Shown piece after piece: positions 18,610 to 28,651 of a stretch of 64,000 nucleotides of DNA. This stretch comes from a virus. Under the pieces are notes generated by a model. That model was not told the origin of the DNA and made no database searches. It saw only the letters and a list, made by a program, of their open reading frames with translations. Position 1 is the stretch's first letter. Each line of letters starts with the position of its first letter. A program made the position numbers and the translations under genes. The DNA is taken from the IMG/VR virus record IMGVR_UViG_3300023174_000151, positions 8,114-72,113 of that record; one strand, written 5' to 3'.

Positions 18610-21269
18610 CCAGTACAAGTCAAAAGGCAGTAAGGCCAGGTGAGATTAAGATTAGTTTAATACCGATTGATTGGCCTCTTACTCCGTTAGGACCAAATAA
18701 AGATCCGTATACACATGGGTGGCAACTGAAACCCTTTACTATCACAGAGATTGAAGATGAACTTGCTTCGGGACAATGTAAGGCTATCGGATTGTTGGGC
18801 GGTCCTTTCTACAATCATCCTTATGGGTTGTGCTGGGTTGATGTTGATGGACCGAGCGTATTCGATCTCATTGAAAAAACAGCAGAGCTCCCATACGCTC
18901 AAGCATTGCCACCAACCCTGACTATATGTAGTGGAAAAGTAGGTCGTGAACGCCGTCTATACAAAGTAAGTCGTGATCATCAGAAGCACTTCATACGAAA
19001 TAAGTACACTTGGCACTCAGAAACCAACAAAGAAAAACTTGAAATCCTTTGGTCTAAACACCAAGGGGTGTTGATGGGTATGCATCCAGAGACTGAGGGT
19101 TATTTCACAAAAGACGGGTTGGGATTCGAGTGGGTACATAACTTGCCTGAGTTACCTGAATGGATCTTATCTGGAATCATTACTAAGAATGCAAGGCAAG
19201 GTAAGCCATCCGTCGAAACTTCTCGCGTCGTAGGCCCAGGGTTTGTTATTGAAGCTGAGATGGGTCTCGAACGAGATATCCAATTGGCAAAAGAGGCTAC
19301 ATGGGGTATGCCACCAGAGGCTGCCGATGACTATGACATCTGGTTAACGGTAGGTCAGACATTACATTCCTTAGACGAATCTTTGCTTGATGAATGGGAT
19401 GAATGGTCTAAACAGTCGCCTAAATATAAGGAAGGTGTATGTCACAGTCGTTGGCTTGGCTTTAATAAGCAGGGTGGACGTGGTGTCGGATCTCTTATTT
19501 TTATGGCAAAAGAACAAGGGTGGTCACCGTCTCAAGAACACCGCGCCATGAGCGTAGACGATTCAACCTTAGAACATATAGCAAAACAACTTGCGGAAAT
19601 GCAAAACACATTTGAGTATACACAGCAACAACAAGTGGAAGATCAACTGATAACAGTTGTTCCTATGTCAAGCAAAGAGGAAAAAAAGAAAAGGACTAGA
19701 CGCACAAAAGAAGGTGATGGTGATAAGCCACCTAGGAACAGGGCTGCCAATGAAATTGCCGATAACATAATGGCACTTTATGGTGAGCACCTTAAGTACA
19801 GCGAACAACATGGCTGCTTCTATCTATATGAATACCGTTCTAAAGGCGTGTGGTGTAGCCTGTCAGATAACGAAATGAAAGGCTCGGTAAAAGATAAGAT
19901 TGAATATGTGAAAGGTGAGCTGTTGCCTAATGGTTACAGTATGTCCATGATTACAGATGTTGTAGAACAACTACGCATCTCCCTTCTGGATGACGATTGG
20001 TATGAAGGTTCAGACTATTTGTTATTCACTAATGGCATCTTGGATGTACAAACGCGAGAACTGCTGCCTTTTAATTGGAAACTACATATGACACAACAGT
20101 TGCCATATGAATATGATCCAGGGGCAGATTGTGAACATATCATTAAGTGGTTGAAGGGTACACAAGCTAATGATTGGGGTCGCGTTCAAGTGTTAAGGGC
20201 TTGGCTTCGTGCTGTACTACTTAGTCACTCAGAGATACAGAAGTTTGTTGAAGTTGTAGGTCCAGGTAAATCAGGTAAATCGACGTATGCAAACTTGGCA
20301 CATGCACTGGTAGGACAAGACAATGCTATGACGTCTAGCCTGGAGCACATTGAGAAGAATAGGTTCGAGACAGCGAACTTATATAAGAAGAAGTTGGTAT
20401 TGTTTAATGATGTTGAACGATATGGCGGTTCGGTAGCCATGTTAAAAGGCTTGACTGGTGGTGACTTAATACGTAAGGAACGTAAGTTTCAATCTGGGTC
20501 CCAGAATCCGTTTAAGTTTTCTGGTCTCGTCATAATTACAGCTAACGAACCTATTCAGACAACAGACCCTACTTCTGGTTTGGCTCGTAGACGCCTGACG
20601 ATACCATTTGATAAACCATTTAAAGGTAGTTCGGCAGAGCAACGTATCCTTATTGATATGAACGATAAAGGTAAGCCGTACGGAGATTTTGCTTCTTTGC
20701 TTCCAGGGTTGGTTAACTGGTTACTTGATATGTCGGAAGTAGAGATGCGTGAATACCTTATGGAAACAACAACGAAAGTACCGTTTTTTGCTAAGCACAA
20801 TAAAGAACAGATCTTGAAATCAAATTCGTTATTGGATTGGATGGAACATTGTGTTGTTTTTGATGTAGGTGCTGTTTGTCAAATAGGACAAAAAAAACTT
20901 GCACCGCGAGAAACTAGTACAGTATATGTTAATGCTGGTTGGCAGTTATATCCAAACTATTGTGAGTTCTCTACTGGATCTGGTAACAATATAATGTCTC
21001 GTTCTAGGTTTGAAAATAATTTCTTGGATGCATGTAAGCACCAGTTGGGGTTAAATGTTTATAAATTTAAACAAGGTAATACTTGGTTGTTTGGTAATGT
21101 TGCTTGTCGTGCCGAGGCTTCTCAGAAACATTCAGACTATCCTTCTATTATTGAAGTGGGTTTGAATAAGGCTAAATGGTTAGAACATTATGGAGAAACA
21201 CTAATTAAGGAAACTGATGAGACAATAGAGATTGGTGAAGAACAAACGTGGGACATGGTAAGCATATGA
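18606..21269 (+). CDS. primase-helicase (Prim-Pol + PriCT-2 + D5-like SF3 helicase)
   Basis: Prim-Pol WVDVDG; PriCT-2 DYDIWLTVGQTLH...WDEWSKQSPKY; D5_N FTNGILD; Walker A GPGKSGKST; LKGLTGGD; ITAN. Confidence 0.9.
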   Translation: MTSTSQKAVRPGEIKISLIPIDWPLTPLGPNKDPYTHGWQLKPFTITEIEDELASGQCKAIGLLGGPFYNHPYGLCWVDVDGPSVFDLIEKTAELPYAQALPPTLTICSGKVGRERRLYKVSRDHQKHFIRNKYTWHSETNKEKLEILWSKHQGVLMGMHPETEGYFTKDGLGFEWVHNLPELPEWILSGIITKNARQGKPSVETSRVVGPGFVIEAEMGLERDIQLAKEATWGMPPEAADDYDIWLTVGQTLHSLDESLLDEWDEWSKQSPKYKEGVCHSRWLGFNKQGGRGVGSLIFMAKEQGWSPSQEHRAMSVDDSTLEHIAKQLAEMQNTFEYTQQQQVEDQLITVVPMSSKEEKKKRTRRTKEGDGDKPPRNRAANEIADNIMALYGEHLKYSEQHGCFYLYEYRSKGVWCSLSDNEMKGSVKDKIEYVKGELLPNGYSMSMITDVVEQLRISLLDDDWYEGSDYLLFTNGILDVQTRELLPFNWKLHMTQQLPYEYDPGADCEHIIKWLKGTQANDWGRVQVLRAWLRAVLLSHSEIQKFVEVVGPGKSGKSTYANLAHALVGQDNAMTSSLEHIEKNRFETANLYKKKLVLFNDVERYGGSVAMLKGLTGGDLIRKERKFQSGSQNPFKFSGLVIITANEPIQTTDPTSGLARRRLTIPFDKPFKGSSAEQRILIDMNDKGKPYGDFASLLPGLVNWLLDMSEVEMREYLMETTTKVPFFAKHNKEQILKSNSLLDWMEHCVVFDVGAVCQIGQKKLAPRETSTVYVNAGWQLYPNYCEFSTGSGNNIMSRSRFENNFLDACKHQLGLNVYKFKQGNTWLFGNVACRAEASQKHSDYPSIIEVGLNKAKWLEHYGETLIKETDETIEIGEEQTWDMVSI

Positions 21270-21598
21270 TTCTTGATCTGTACGGTTGCCCCCGTGAGAT
21301 TCTGGATGACTACGACTATTTGCAGGAGGTGATGGAGACAGCCATAAGCATGTCTGGCGCTACCTTATTGCGTATTTTTGGAGAGAAGTTTAGTCCGCAA
21401 GGCGTCACACTATTGGCATTACTTGCGGAATCTCATGCCTCTATTCATACGTGGCCGGAGCAAGGCTATGCTGCTGTTGATTTATATACTTGTAATCCAG
21501 AAGGTGTGACCCCACATAAGGCGGTGGAATACATAAAAGAAAAGTTGGGTGCAACAGACGTAAAAGAACAAGAGGTAGAGCGTCAAACTACTCTATAA
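21248..21598 (+). CDS. speD: S-adenosylmethionine decarboxylase proenzyme
   Basis: GKHMILDLYGC; FSPQGVT; LAESHASIHTWPE (E-S pyruvoyl cleavage site); DLYTC. Confidence 0.92.
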   Translation: MGHGKHMILDLYGCPREILDDYDYLQEVMETAISMSGATLLRIFGEKFSPQGVTLLALLAESHASIHTWPEQGYAAVDLYTCNPEGVTPHKAVEYIKEKLGATDVKEQEVERQTTL

Positions 21599-21628
21599 AT
21601 ACGATATATTACATACAGTTAAACACAT

Positions 21629-22927
21629 TTGAACATGAGTAAAAAGAAAACTAAGGTTCTTTGGTGCGCCGATCTGGTGGCAATGACCGGTTTTGCCAGG
21701 GTAAGTGGTGGAATATTACCGCGTCTACGCGATGATTTTGAGATTGTTTGCATGGCTTCTAATTGGTGGGGTGACCCATGTGATGAGCAAGTTCTGTATC
21801 GCATGTACCCAGCCTCCAACAGGCATCAGACGGCTCCTTTTGGCGAGCAACGGATTCGTGAGATTGTCGAAAAGGAACAACCTGACATCGTATTTAGTTT
21901 GAATGATCCATGGATTGTGAGTGAACAATATAAACAGATTCAGGATTTACATAAAGCTGGGAAGTTTAAGTTCGTTGGGTACCTCACTATGGACTCAATG
22001 AATTGGGTAGGTGGTATTGATCCACATATCAATGATTGGGATGCGTTGGTTGCATTTACAGAATTTGGTGCACACGAATTTGTGAAGGGCGGTGTGACAA
22101 AGCCTATTGCTGTTATTCCCCATGGGTTGGATACCAAGGATTTTTATCCTATGGATCAAGGGGAAGCAAGGAAAAGGTTGGGACTAAAGGAGGACATCTT
22201 TATTTGTTTGAATGGGAATCGCAATCAGTTTAGGAAGAGGCAGGATATTACGATCGCTGCGTTTGCCAAGTTTGCGGTAGGTAGACCTAATGCACAGTTG
22301 TATATGCACATGGGGTTAAAGGATCAGGGTTGGGATTTGATGTCGTTATTTGGTAGGGAGATGGTCAAGAATGGCTTAGATCCAAATGGAAGGATCATTA
22401 TGACAGCTAATAATCCTAATCCTCCTAACGTACCTGTGGACATGCTGCGGTCGATCTATAACTGTGCTGACGTTGGTGTTAATACGTGTAAAGGTGGGGG
22501 CTGGGAGCTTGTTAACTTCGAGCATGCGGCATGTCGTATAGCTCAAGTGGTACCGAACCATACGGCAACCAAGGAGATCTTTGAGGGTTACGGTAAGTTA
22601 ATTGAATGTAATCACATTGATGTTGATACGAACTACTGCCGTGAGATGCCGTGCCCTAGCACGGAACACCTGACTGAGATTCTGTGTGAACTGTATGAGT
22701 CACCAGTGCTGCTGGAGAAGACTGCACAGGATTGTTACAACCGTGTAACAGATGCACAGTTTAGTTGGGACACAATAGCGTCTCAGTTTGGCGGCATCTT
22801 TGAGGATGTAATGAATGGGGTAGGTCATGAGGTTGCACCAGAGGGGCAGCAGATCGTGAAGGAGGAGAAGAAGAAGAGAAAAAGTAGGAAGGAACGTGAA
22901 CGAAAAGAGGTGTGTAGCCTAAAGTAG
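21629..22927 (+). CDS. GT-B (GT4-like) glycosyltransferase
   Basis: TGFARV, IPHGLD, NRNQFRKR and GGWELVNFEHAAC. Confidence 0.85.
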   Translation: MNMSKKKTKVLWCADLVAMTGFARVSGGILPRLRDDFEIVCMASNWWGDPCDEQVLYRMYPASNRHQTAPFGEQRIREIVEKEQPDIVFSLNDPWIVSEQYKQIQDLHKAGKFKFVGYLTMDSMNWVGGIDPHINDWDALVAFTEFGAHEFVKGGVTKPIAVIPHGLDTKDFYPMDQGEARKRLGLKEDIFICLNGNRNQFRKRQDITIAAFAKFAVGRPNAQLYMHMGLKDQGWDLMSLFGREMVKNGLDPNGRIIMTANNPNPPNVPVDMLRSIYNCADVGVNTCKGGGWELVNFEHAACRIAQVVPNHTATKEIFEGYGKLIECNHIDVDTNYCREMPCPSTEHLTEILCELYESPVLLEKTAQDCYNRVTDAQFSWDTIASQFGGIFEDVMNGVGHEVAPEGQQIVKEEKKKRKSRKERERKEVCSLK

Positions 22928-22945
22928 GTAGTACATAAGTATTGA

Positions 22946-22972
22946 TTCCTCCCGCAAGGGGGGATTTTTTTT
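22946..22972 (+). terminator. intrinsic terminator
   Basis: TCCTCCC-GCAA-GGGGGA followed by a T run. Confidence 0.7.
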
Positions 22973-22987
22973 GGCCTGAAACTTGTT

Positions 22988-23188
22988 GAAAACTCCAAAC
23001 TATAGGTATAGCACGATTTTCATTAGATTCATGGAGTTTCCGACATTTCTGCATCAAAATGTCGTTCGCTATACCGATTCTCATGAGACTCACCTAAATG
23101 CGTATACAAACCGACATTTCTGCATCGAATTGTCGGAAACCCTATAGAACTAATAAAAACATGGCTATACCTATAGTTTGGAGTTTTC
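22988..23188. repeat. 201-bp element bounded by perfect 25-bp inverted repeats; candidate replication origin
   Basis: GAAAACTCCAAACTATAGGTATAGC at 22988-23012 and its reverse complement at 23164-23188; internal 16-bp direct repeats. Confidence 0.8.
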
Positions 23189-23234
23189 CCAGCTCTAAGC
23201 AACGCTATACTTATTTTGTACCTACGCTTCTCCC

Positions 23235-23570
23235 ATGGGACGCAACTACAAACCAATGCCTCCTCTTTGGAGAATCCAAGAGTTAGTTGAGTTAACTGAT
23301 GATCATCCCAGTGGCCTTTACTACCCCCGTAAAAAGAAGTTCGTCACACACAAGCACAAACACTCTGGCCACTATCTAGTGTCACTTGACGCCGACGTAT
23401 ACCTTGCGCACAGGGTCGTCTACTACCTACGTACAGGCCGAAGCCCTGATCTTTGTTCCATCACCCATCATTCCTATAACAAAGACAAGGACAACCGTCA
23501 GGAGCTCTGTAGCACCGCACCTAAACGCACAACAAAAAAACCTAATCCTCCTTGGATGCAAGACGTCTAA
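23235..23570 (+). CDS. HNH-endonuclease-like protein, possibly degenerate
   Basis: YLAHRVVYYL and ITHH...DNRQEL resemble an HNH_3 domain. Confidence 0.55.
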   Translation: MGRNYKPMPPLWRIQELVELTDDHPSGLYYPRKKKFVTHKHKHSGHYLVSLDADVYLAHRVVYYLRTGRSPDLCSITHHSYNKDKDNRQELCSTAPKRTTKKPNPPWMQDV

Positions 23571-24241
23571 TGACAAACGTTCTCAAGAAGGTGTTGAAGA
23601 CTAACTTTCGTTATGTCCCAGGTATCGACAGCCTCGACGAAGGGCAGCTTGACGAATATGGGTACTACAAAGGTTATCCTTGTCCACACCACCACCACAT
23701 CAGGGACAAACAAAATCACTGGTGTTACCACTGTGTCGTAAAGATCCTGTCCAACACCTGTGGCTTCAATACGAACTTTCTTCATCCGTACTACAACCAC
23801 AAGTACGAACAACTGTGGAAAAACATTGAGGTGGGTGATCTTGATGAGTGTTGGGAAATAGATTTACCTGGGAGCAGAAGTCCTAAACGCATTGGCTTTC
23901 CTTCTTATCGCTCACGATTCACTGGACGTGCGATAGAAAATGTCACACCACACAAGGTGATCTACCAGTGTGCTTGGGGTGATATAGGTGCAATGACAGT
24001 GTCTAGGGCTTGTGGTAACCCCTGGTGCGCCAACCCATTACATCTGGTCTCAAGCTGGAATATTGGCTTACCACCTTCCTCTATAACACCGTTTATACGT
24101 ACGTTTGAACCTACGCATGTAATGGCACTCATCAAAGCAAAGAAAGAAGGGCGAGAACAAGAGTTAATTCAGCGGTACCACAAGCAAGTAATACGTAATC
24201 CCTTATGTGCAAAAGACGCACCTTACTACGATGAAGGTTGA
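23552..24241 (+). CDS. His-Me finger (zinc-binding loop) endonuclease-like protein
   Basis: DECW, PHKVIY and ACGNPWCANPLHL; N-terminal CPHHH...CYHC. Confidence 0.6.
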   Translation: MDARRLMTNVLKKVLKTNFRYVPGIDSLDEGQLDEYGYYKGYPCPHHHHIRDKQNHWCYHCVVKILSNTCGFNTNFLHPYYNHKYEQLWKNIEVGDLDECWEIDLPGSRSPKRIGFPSYRSRFTGRAIENVTPHKVIYQCAWGDIGAMTVSRACGNPWCANPLHLVSSWNIGLPPSSITPFIRTFEPTHVMALIKAKKEGREQELIQRYHKQVIRNPLCAKDAPYYDEG

Positions 24242-24283
24242 GTTTTCAGAATTAGAATATACAAACGGAACATTGATAAAATA

Positions 24284-25408
24284 ATGGCACGCACTTCTGC
24301 TGTAGCTCAAGATCGTCGTAGTTTAAACAATCCATTAAACCTTGGCACCTTTTCTTCTACTTCTTTACGTTATCTAAAAGGTTCTTTAGGTCCCAAGAAT
24401 AAAATTGTTGGTTATGCTGACACCAATCAACTTTCTAACGGTGGTTTTGGTGGAGGCGCTTATACTAATTGGTTTTCAATTACAATTACTGATCCCGCTT
24501 GGATTATTATTGCTAAAGGTAATCCTCGACCACAGTACATTCAAACATCAACATATGATCTAAATAAAAATCCAATTCAGGGAGAAGCAATTTTTGACGC
24601 TGATTCAGTTACTGACGGTTTAAAAACAAACGGAGAAGTTTATATTCCATATCTGGACACTATGATGAGTGCTCAGTCAGATTTATACAACACATTTGCA
24701 AGGTCACGTTTAGATCGTGGTGATGAACGTTATTATCCATTGGAAGTAGGAAGTTATTTAATATGTATTTCAACAACACGTAATGAACCTCTTGATTATG
24801 AGGTAGGTGTTGTTATTGAATTTCCAGTAACAGAATTATTTGTTGGCTTAGAAGATACTGATGAATCTGGTTTATTCTTACAAGAAACTGCAATTGACTT
24901 TACACGGACTATTACCGTCTCATCAACTATTACTGTTGATACAATAATAACTTCTAACTTTGACCGGCCTAATGCTTTTACTGAGAATATCTGTACAATC
25001 AATGCTGGTATAACTGTTGAAGTTGGTTTGTTTCAAAGTAATCCAGATATAACTTTTACACCTTCTGCTACTGTTCTTATTTCTTCACCTGTAATTATTA
25101 ATACACTAATATCTTCAAACGCTTTTTCTGTAACTACATGTACTATAAATTTTGGTGTAACAGTTACCATATCATCAACTTCTATTTGGTTTATTTCTTT
25201 ATTCTCTGGTTCTACTTGGCTTATTGATGTGCCAATACCTTCTTCTCAAGACGATGACTTTAAAATTATCATAGACCCAGGGGGAGAATCTTCTTTTGCT
25301 GGTTTCCATGACCATTCTTTAACTGAGTGGAAAAATGCGTGGGAAAGCCAACATCAAAGCACAGATGTTTTTCCTGAACTCTTTGCTTCTTTAACAAACA
25401 GACTATGA
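24284..25408 (+). CDS. hypothetical, probably structural, protein
   Basis: 374 aa; beta-rich, with an internal duplicated segment (NAFTENICTINAGITV / NAFSVTTCTINFGVTV). Confidence 0.65.
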   Translation: MARTSAVAQDRRSLNNPLNLGTFSSTSLRYLKGSLGPKNKIVGYADTNQLSNGGFGGGAYTNWFSITITDPAWIIIAKGNPRPQYIQTSTYDLNKNPIQGEAIFDADSVTDGLKTNGEVYIPYLDTMMSAQSDLYNTFARSRLDRGDERYYPLEVGSYLICISTTRNEPLDYEVGVVIEFPVTELFVGLEDTDESGLFLQETAIDFTRTITVSSTITVDTIITSNFDRPNAFTENICTINAGITVEVGLFQSNPDITFTPSATVLISSPVIINTLISSNAFSVTTCTINFGVTVTISSTSIWFISLFSGSTWLIDVPIPSSQDDDFKIIIDPGGESSFAGFHDHSLTEWKNAWESQHQSTDVFPELFASLTNRL

Positions 25409-25827
25409 TTTCAAGAAAAAAGAAAACAAAAACAGTTGTACTACCAGGTGGTCTCTTACTTAAGATGCGTTTGCTCCCTTGGATACGTACAGAGAAAGGT
25501 TGTGTATGGCTCGCAAGCTTAGCTATTGGTCGTTCCAAACGACAGATAAATGATTGGATGGATCGTAGAAAGAAAAAATCAGTAGCTAAATTAGATAAAA
25601 GTTTAAACGGCACTTTTGGTCCTAAAACACAAGCAATTGCAATACGTCAAGTACGTCAGTGGGTAGATGAATTACCAAAGGGGGAATCAATCGCCTTACG
25701 TTGTGAGTCAACTGTTTCTGATAAACAGTTTCGTGTGTGGAAGAAATGGTTTACAAAACATGAAGATATAAGGTGGGAAATATCAGAAGAACACAAATCT
25801 TTTTTCTTTTACAAATCAATACTGTAA
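25405..25827 (+). CDS. hypothetical basic protein
   Basis: 140 aa; ATGA overlap. Confidence 0.6.
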   Translation: MISRKKKTKTVVLPGGLLLKMRLLPWIRTEKGCVWLASLAIGRSKRQINDWMDRRKKKSVAKLDKSLNGTFGPKTQAIAIRQVRQWVDELPKGESIALRCESTVSDKQFRVWKKWFTKHEDIRWEISEEHKSFFFYKSIL

Positions 25828-25851
25828 AATAAAAGTAATCAAGTAAGTTTC

Positions 25852-26013
25852 ATGAATTTTTCCAAGTACCTCGAAGTAGCTCTTGCTATCCATGCAGCAG
25901 CTAGTGTTATTACAGCTTTGACTCCAACACCAAAAGATGACGGTCTTGTTCGTCAGTTCTATAAGGTAATTGAAATCTTAGCTTTAGTTGTAGGTAAAGC
26001 TAAACAACGTTGA
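25852..26013 (+). CDS. small holin-like membrane protein (53 aa)
   Basis: Hand-translated MNFSKYLEVALAIHAAASVITALTPTPKDDGLVRQFYKVIEILALVVGKAKQR; convergent with the endolysin. Confidence 0.55.
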   Translation: MNFSKYLEVALAIHAAASVITALTPTPKDDGLVRQFYKVIEILALVVGKAKQR

Positions 26014-26015
26014 GT

Positions 26016-27107
26016 TCAGGTGAGAACACACCAACCGGAACCTGGCCCTTCGACTAGCCATCTAGGGTTAAAATTTTTGTAGCTATATTTGCGTTTAGCA
26101 CCATTAGTACTTACATATTCACCAGACAATAAATCTATTTCGCCCCAGGGATCGTTGACAATATAACCAGTATCGTCGTAACCAATAATACAAAGCCAAT
26201 GCCCACCTCCTCGTGGTGAATTTACAGGACCATGGTGGAGAAAACCGACAGGAACAGGTTTGTTATTGTTGATTTGCTTCTTAATTAACTCGACTGTACC
26301 TTTAACACTAAAGCGTGCTTCTACGCCATACTTAAACAAAGCTTTAATTTGCGCTGTGCTATCCGTGCTATCACCATAAGTAAACACAGTTTTAATGTAG
26401 TCATCATCACCTGTTATTGCTTTGGGTTTCAGATATTTCAACATCATGGCACAACTAGAACTAAAGCATGTTCTACCTGCGTCTCTGTAGTTATCCCTTT
26501 GACTCATGTAAAAAACAGGTAGGGGATTTACTTTTGGTACGTCACCCCCTGGTGCCTCAAGCTTTTGATCCATTATCTGAATCACTTTCGTGGGGTATCC
26601 AGGATCTGTTGCATAGCCTTGTTCTTTAAGTTGTTCTGCTGCTGCATTACGATTTGGTGCGTTGTTAACACCTTTGTATCCTTCGTAATCTTTGTACCAT
26701 CGGTCAACGAGATAGGAAACACAAGTACGTAGGTCAGGAAAATCAAGGAACCCATCAGTAATTGTGATCCAGTTGCCGTTAATAAATTCCTGCGTAGATT
26801 GATTAGTTCCTGATCCTTTAAGTCCAAAGTAGTTGTTCTTACCCGAGACATGTTTTCCCCAGTTTGATTCCAATGCCCATTGTGCTGCTACTAATTCTGG
26901 ATATTTGGCACCAGAAACTTTAGCTGCTGCTGTAATACCATCCCAATCATTGGTATAAGTGTCTTGAGCAGAAGCATTCGTACGGTACTTAACAAAGAAT
27001 TCTTTTAGTTTATCAGCTGGAATGTTAGTTTCCAGCCAATTAAACGCATCTGTTTGTTCTTTAAGTCCTTTATAGAACCTAGCTGCATCGGTAAGTTTGT
27101 CTGCCAT
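26016..27107 (-). CDS. endolysin: GH73 glucosaminidase + C39-like cysteine peptidase
   Basis: AAQWALES, NNYFGLK and GYATDP; SQRDN...CFSSSCAM, GHWLCIIGYD and VNDPWG. Confidence 0.85.
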   Translation of the reverse strand: MADKLTDAARFYKGLKEQTDAFNWLETNIPADKLKEFFVKYRTNASAQDTYTNDWDGITAAAKVSGAKYPELVAAQWALESNWGKHVSGKNNYFGLKGSGTNQSTQEFINGNWITITDGFLDFPDLRTCVSYLVDRWYKDYEGYKGVNNAPNRNAAAEQLKEQGYATDPGYPTKVIQIMDQKLEAPGGDVPKVNPLPVFYMSQRDNYRDAGRTCFSSSCAMMLKYLKPKAITGDDDYIKTVFTYGDSTDSTAQIKALFKYGVEARFSVKGTVELIKKQINNNKPVPVGFLHHGPVNSPRGGGHWLCIIGYDDTGYIVNDPWGEIDLLSGEYVSTNGAKRKYSYKNFNPRWLVEGPGSGWCVLT

Positions 27108-27114
27108 GATTTAA

Positions 27115-27294
27115 TCAATCAACAACATCAACTTCGTTTGTCTCAACAGGGTCTGCTTCTGGAGCAAACTCAAGAGTTTCTACTAGTTGACCAATGAGAT
27201 TAACAGCAAAACCAATTAGATTGTGATCACCAGTAGCACGAGCCGAACCAAAGGAATTAATGGCACTAACCAACTCAGATTTTTTGCAAGCCAT
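27115..27294 (-). CDS. hypothetical protein (59 aa)
   Basis: Hand-translated MACKKSELVSAINSFGSARATGDHNLI... Confidence 0.5.
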   Translation of the reverse strand: MACKKSELVSAINSFGSARATGDHNLIGFAVNLIGQLVETLEFAPEADPVETNEVDVVD

Positions 27295-27327
27295 GATGTG
27301 TAGATAACTGTTTAAAATATAGCAGAA

Positions 27328-27657
27328 TTAATTGTTCCAGGGGATACCCTGTGCATTTGTTGGATGTAGTTTCTGTTCGATCTGAGCAGCTAATGCTGTG
27401 GCAATATCAGAAACCTGTTCTTCTCCCAGGGCATCCTGCACCCAACCTACGACAGTTTCTTTGGTTAAATTTTCGTAAGGAATAAAATTCTCTGGATCTT
27501 CAGCAACAGTAAAACCAATGCTGCCGTAGCAGCCAGCACTCTCACCTTGATCTTGTAAATTTACTGTCCAGTGTGCGGTATATACAGCACCATCTCTTAG
27601 ATGACGTTCGAGTTGAGCAATATTCCATTCAGGTGTAGCAGGAGTAACGTCAGTCAT
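27328..27657 (-). CDS. tail-fibre-associated small protein
   Basis: WNIAQLER...VYTAHW...FIPYENLTKETVVGWV...GIPW; this type of protein usually sits next to tail-fibre genes. Confidence 0.6.
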   Translation of the reverse strand: MTDVTPATPEWNIAQLERHLRDGAVYTAHWTVNLQDQGESAGCYGSIGFTVAEDPENFIPYENLTKETVVGWVQDALGEEQVSDIATALAAQIEQKLHPTNAQGIPWNN

Positions 27658-27688
27658 AAAACTCTTTTTTCTTATTATAGGTCAGTTT

Positions 27689-28543
27689 TTACAATTCTGG
27701 CATTTCGTATTCTTTTGTGCTGTTGCAATAGTGTTTAAAGATGATCTCACTTGTGTTCCCTGCCCATGATGCTACCTGTGGTACAGGAATACCAGCTTCT
27801 ATCCAGCAACTGATCGCAGTGTGGCGACAATCGTAGGGACGGTATAGGTGAGAAATTACTCTTGTGTCATGTAAAGGCTTTAGTTTTTTACGGAAGTAAC
27901 TTTGAAAAGCTACTCGATCCCAAGGAAAAATAAAATCATTTTCCTTTGGTACTTTTTCAAGAAGCTCTTGGCACTTGTTGTTGAGTGGGACCCAGCGTTT
28001 CTTGTTGGTTTTAGTACTGTTCTTTAAACCGTGTGTAAGGGTGTAGTTCTGATGTACAAGAATCTTATTTTCTTTAATATCATCCCAGCGTAAAGCCCGC
28101 ACTTCTCCTGTACGCATTGCTGTTTGAAGCATGAATTCTGTGTACCAAGACCAATTAACATTCCTATATGTACGCTTTGCCGCTAATGCGGCTAACACTA
28201 TACCTATTTCATTTCTAGGAATAACAATAATCTCTTCATCTTTCTGTGGCGGCTTAGGCATTTTAAAGCTAGCCAAAGGATTCTTGTCCATATGTCCTAC
28301 ATCTTCTTGTGCTGCCCATTTGTACATTGTTTTTGCGTACATCGCTACACGCCTGGAAGCAAGCACAGGCTTTTCTCCCAGTATCCAGATCATGACCTTT
28401 CGTGCTTCGCTGATGTCTTGTACTGGACAACGGGATAACCATTTTGTGGTTTGCCTGTAATCAGATGTAAGGCTAGTGGGACACAGCGAAATTGAACGTT
28501 CTTCCAGGAAGGCGTTCCATAATTCTTTGAGTTCTAGTGCCAT
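27689..28543 (-). CDS. tyrosine recombinase/integrase (284 aa)
   Basis: TAMRTGE (Arg I), KT, RPYDCRHT (HxxR variant), WAGN and KHY (catalytic Tyr). Confidence 0.9.
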   Translation of the reverse strand: MALELKELWNAFLEERSISLCPTSLTSDYRQTTKWLSRCPVQDISEARKVMIWILGEKPVLASRRVAMYAKTMYKWAAQEDVGHMDKNPLASFKMPKPPQKDEEIIVIPRNEIGIVLAALAAKRTYRNVNWSWYTEFMLQTAMRTGEVRALRWDDIKENKILVHQNYTLTHGLKNSTKTNKKRWVPLNNKCQELLEKVPKENDFIFPWDRVAFQSYFRKKLKPLHDTRVISHLYRPYDCRHTAISCWIEAGIPVPQVASWAGNTSEIIFKHYCNSTKEYEMPEL

Positions 28544-28566
28544 GGGATTGAGTGGTGTAAAGGGTT

Positions 28567-28595
28567 ACACTACGCTGTTACGCACTACTGGTCAA
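28567..28595 (-). promoter_or_regulatory. putative recombinase promoter containing two GTAGTG half-sites
   Basis: Minus strand TTGACC-N17-TAGTGT; GTAGTG occurs twice. Confidence 0.45.
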
Positions 28596-28614
28596 TCCCT
28601 GTCTTTGCTACCAT

Positions 28615-28643
28615 AAAAAAAGGACGGCTGTTACCCCGTCCTT
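28615..28643 (-). terminator. intrinsic terminator (minus strand)
   Basis: AAGGACGG-N8-CCGTCCTT followed by a T run. Confidence 0.55.
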
Positions 28644-28651
28644 ACCTTCTC

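Noticed and set aside
27689-28543. Ordinary lysogeny integrase marking a prophage boundary
   Set aside because: Phage genes continue on both sides, with no host DNA, tRNA-derived att site or CI-like repressor nearby. Lysogeny is not excluded, but it is unsupported here.
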